Shown here: piece by piece, positions 36,388 to 37,928 of the stretch
How the letters are laid out: each line of letters begins with the position of its first letter
Position numbering within the stretch: position 1 is the stretch's first letter
IMG/VR virus record: IMGVR_UViG_2703718774_000026
DNA: 37,928 bases
DNA from: a virus
Lineage: Duplodnaviria > Heunggongvirae > Uroviricota > Caudoviricetes
Reading direction: 5' to 3' (one strand)
The notes under the pieces: model-generated
Databases searched by the model: none
The model's input: the letters and a program-made list of their open reading frames with translations, nothing else
What the model was told of the DNA's origin: nothing
Position numbers and translations under genes: made by a program

Positions 36388-36855
36388 ACCGATACACTCT
36401 ATTACTAACCAATCATAGCCCACATCATAAAATCGAGATGAGGAGTACAATACCTTTAACAAGAAGGTGTCATAACGATAATATGTCGTGCAATTCATCA
36501 AAAAAAAGATCTATATCAAAGAGATAGAACTCTTATCAGTGCTTCAGACATCGGCATTCGAGGCAGCAGAAAAACAGTAAATCTGACGAATTTGCCTTTT
36601 CCCAAGATGTTGTCAGATTAAAAAGATAGATTAGCGCAGGTACCTGTTGGTGGATTGCAGGAGGAAAAATGAAGTCGAGTGAAAAAATCCCAGAAAAATT
36701 TTTGTTTAACAGAGGTCCTGGTTCACTATGCGAAATACGGAGGAGCTGCAGAAGAATTCTGCTTCATCCTTAGAGTTTAAACAGCACGTGCACTACCATT
36801 GTTTCTGCATATCGCCACACCATCGCCACTCTACCGCCATTGCACAAAATACAAA

Positions 36856-36882
36856 TACGAAAAAACCACCCGAAGGTGGTTT
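36856..36882 (-). terminator. Rho-independent terminator of the tRNA operon
   Basis: On the minus strand ACCACC-TTCG-GGTGGT followed by TTTTT, about 45 nt past the tRNA-Leu 3' end. Confidence 0.65.
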
Positions 36883-36925
36883 CACGACACTGCTTATTGC
36901 TTTGATTTTATTCTTATCTTTCCCA

Positions 36926-37012
36926 TGGTACCCGGAGCGGGACTTGAACCCGCACAGCGCGAACGCCGAGGGATTTTAAATCCCTTGTGTCTACCGATTC
37001 CACCATCCGGGC
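36926..37012 (-). tRNA. leuZ: tRNA-Leu (anticodon UAA)
   Basis: Reverse complement reads GCCCGGATGGTGGAATCGGTAGACACAAGGGATTTAAAATCCC...GGGTTCAAGTCCCGCTCCGGGTACCA, with D-loop, anticodon loop, long variable arm and T-loop GGTTCAAGTCC. Confidence 0.9.
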
Positions 37013-37024
37013 TCGGGAAGAAAG

Positions 37025-37098
37025 TGGAGGCGCGTTCCGGAGTCGAACCGGACTAGACGGATTTGCAATCCGCTACATAACCGCTTTGTTAACGCGCC
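37025..37098 (-). tRNA. cysT: tRNA-Cys (anticodon GCA)
   Basis: Reverse complement reads GGCGCGTTAACAAAGCGGTTATGTAGCGGATTGCAAATCCGTCTAGTCCGGTTCGACTCCGGAACGCGCCTCCA. Confidence 0.9.
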
Positions 37099-37152
37099 AA
37101 ATTCTTCAGGCCTTTCAGCCAGACATCCGCTTGACGCCGATGTCTTTTAAAC

Positions 37153-37228
<76 letters not shown>

Positions 37229-37379
37229 ATTCATCAAGCAATCAGTTAATCACTTGATTTTATTATCGTCTGGCAATCAGTGCCGCCGTTCGATGCGTTG
37301 CATTCTACTTACCTGGCGCGATGAGTCAACGATATTTTTCACCACTTTTGATCGTTTGCTGAAAATTACGCCGAAACGA

Positions 37380-37928
37380 TCACTGATCAAGCAAATCTGC
37401 ACGCGCAGCGCTCAAATATTGCAACATTGACCACAGAGTCAGTACCGCAGCCACAAAGAAAAGTGCAATACCGGCGTACTCAACCCAAATGTTCGGACGC
37501 CACAGCAGCCAGGCCAACGCCACCATCTGGGCAGTGGTTTTCACTTTCCCAATCCAGGAGACAGCCACGCTACTGCGTTTACCCAACTCCGCCATCCATT
37601 CGCGTAGCGCAGAAATAATAATTTCACGGGCGATCATCGTTGCCGCCGGTAGGGTCACCCACCAGCTGTGATAATGCTCGGTTACCAGCACCATGGCGAT
37701 AGCCACGAGAACTTTATCTGCTACAGGGTCAAGGAAAGCACCAAACCGGGTACTCTGGTTCCAGCGGCGTGCCAGAAAACCATCGAACCAGTCAGTCACC
37801 GCCGCGACGCAGAAAATGAGCGCGGCGGCAAACGGCGACCAGGTGACAGGCAGATAAAAGACCAATACAAAGAATGGGATAAGGATGACACGGAACAGTG
37901 TAAGCAACGTAGGGATATTAAATTGCAT
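37380..37928 (-). CDS. pgsA: CDP-diacylglycerol--glycerol-3-phosphate 3-phosphatidyltransferase, 182 aa
   Basis: Full-length [23 protein letters not shown]...DPVADK...LLDQ with the CDP-alcohol phosphatidyltransferase motif region; followed by glyW-cysT-leuZ as in Escherichia-type chromosomes. Confidence 0.95.

Overview
This window is a nearly complete P2-like (Peduovirus-type) temperate prophage, about 36.9 kb, lying next to an enterobacterial pgsA-glyW-cysT-leuZ locus; the window runs from the integrase stop codon (nt 1-3) to the pgsA start codon (nt 37926-37928). All calls come from reading the supplied ORF translations and raw sequence, with P2 and R1 protein comparisons made from memory; no searches were run. 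The backbone follows P2 order: int and the repressor operon (minus strand), early genes and rolling-circle initiator A, the A-cos accessory slot, Q and P (minus), O-N-M-L-X, lysis genes, R-S-V-W-J-I-H-G, then FI-FII-E/E'-T-U, D and ogr. Main points for follow-up: (1) the A-cos slot carries a ParM/ParR-like actin-type pair plus a zinc-ribbon protein; (2) the FI-FII-E-T-U tail core is inverted relative to D and H/G; (3) the repressor operon carries two extra envelope-protein genes sharing a short motif with the repressor; (4) AT-rich cargo includes a SEC-C-motif protein between D and ogr, a hexapeptide acetyltransferase at the Z/fun position, and a DUF1737-SASA (NanS-p-like) esterase between the lysis genes and R; (5) a Hok/Gef-like toxin ORF sits between ogr and the tRNAs. 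The attachment sites and the cos site could not be pinned down; a 13-N assembly gap interrupts the esterase gene.
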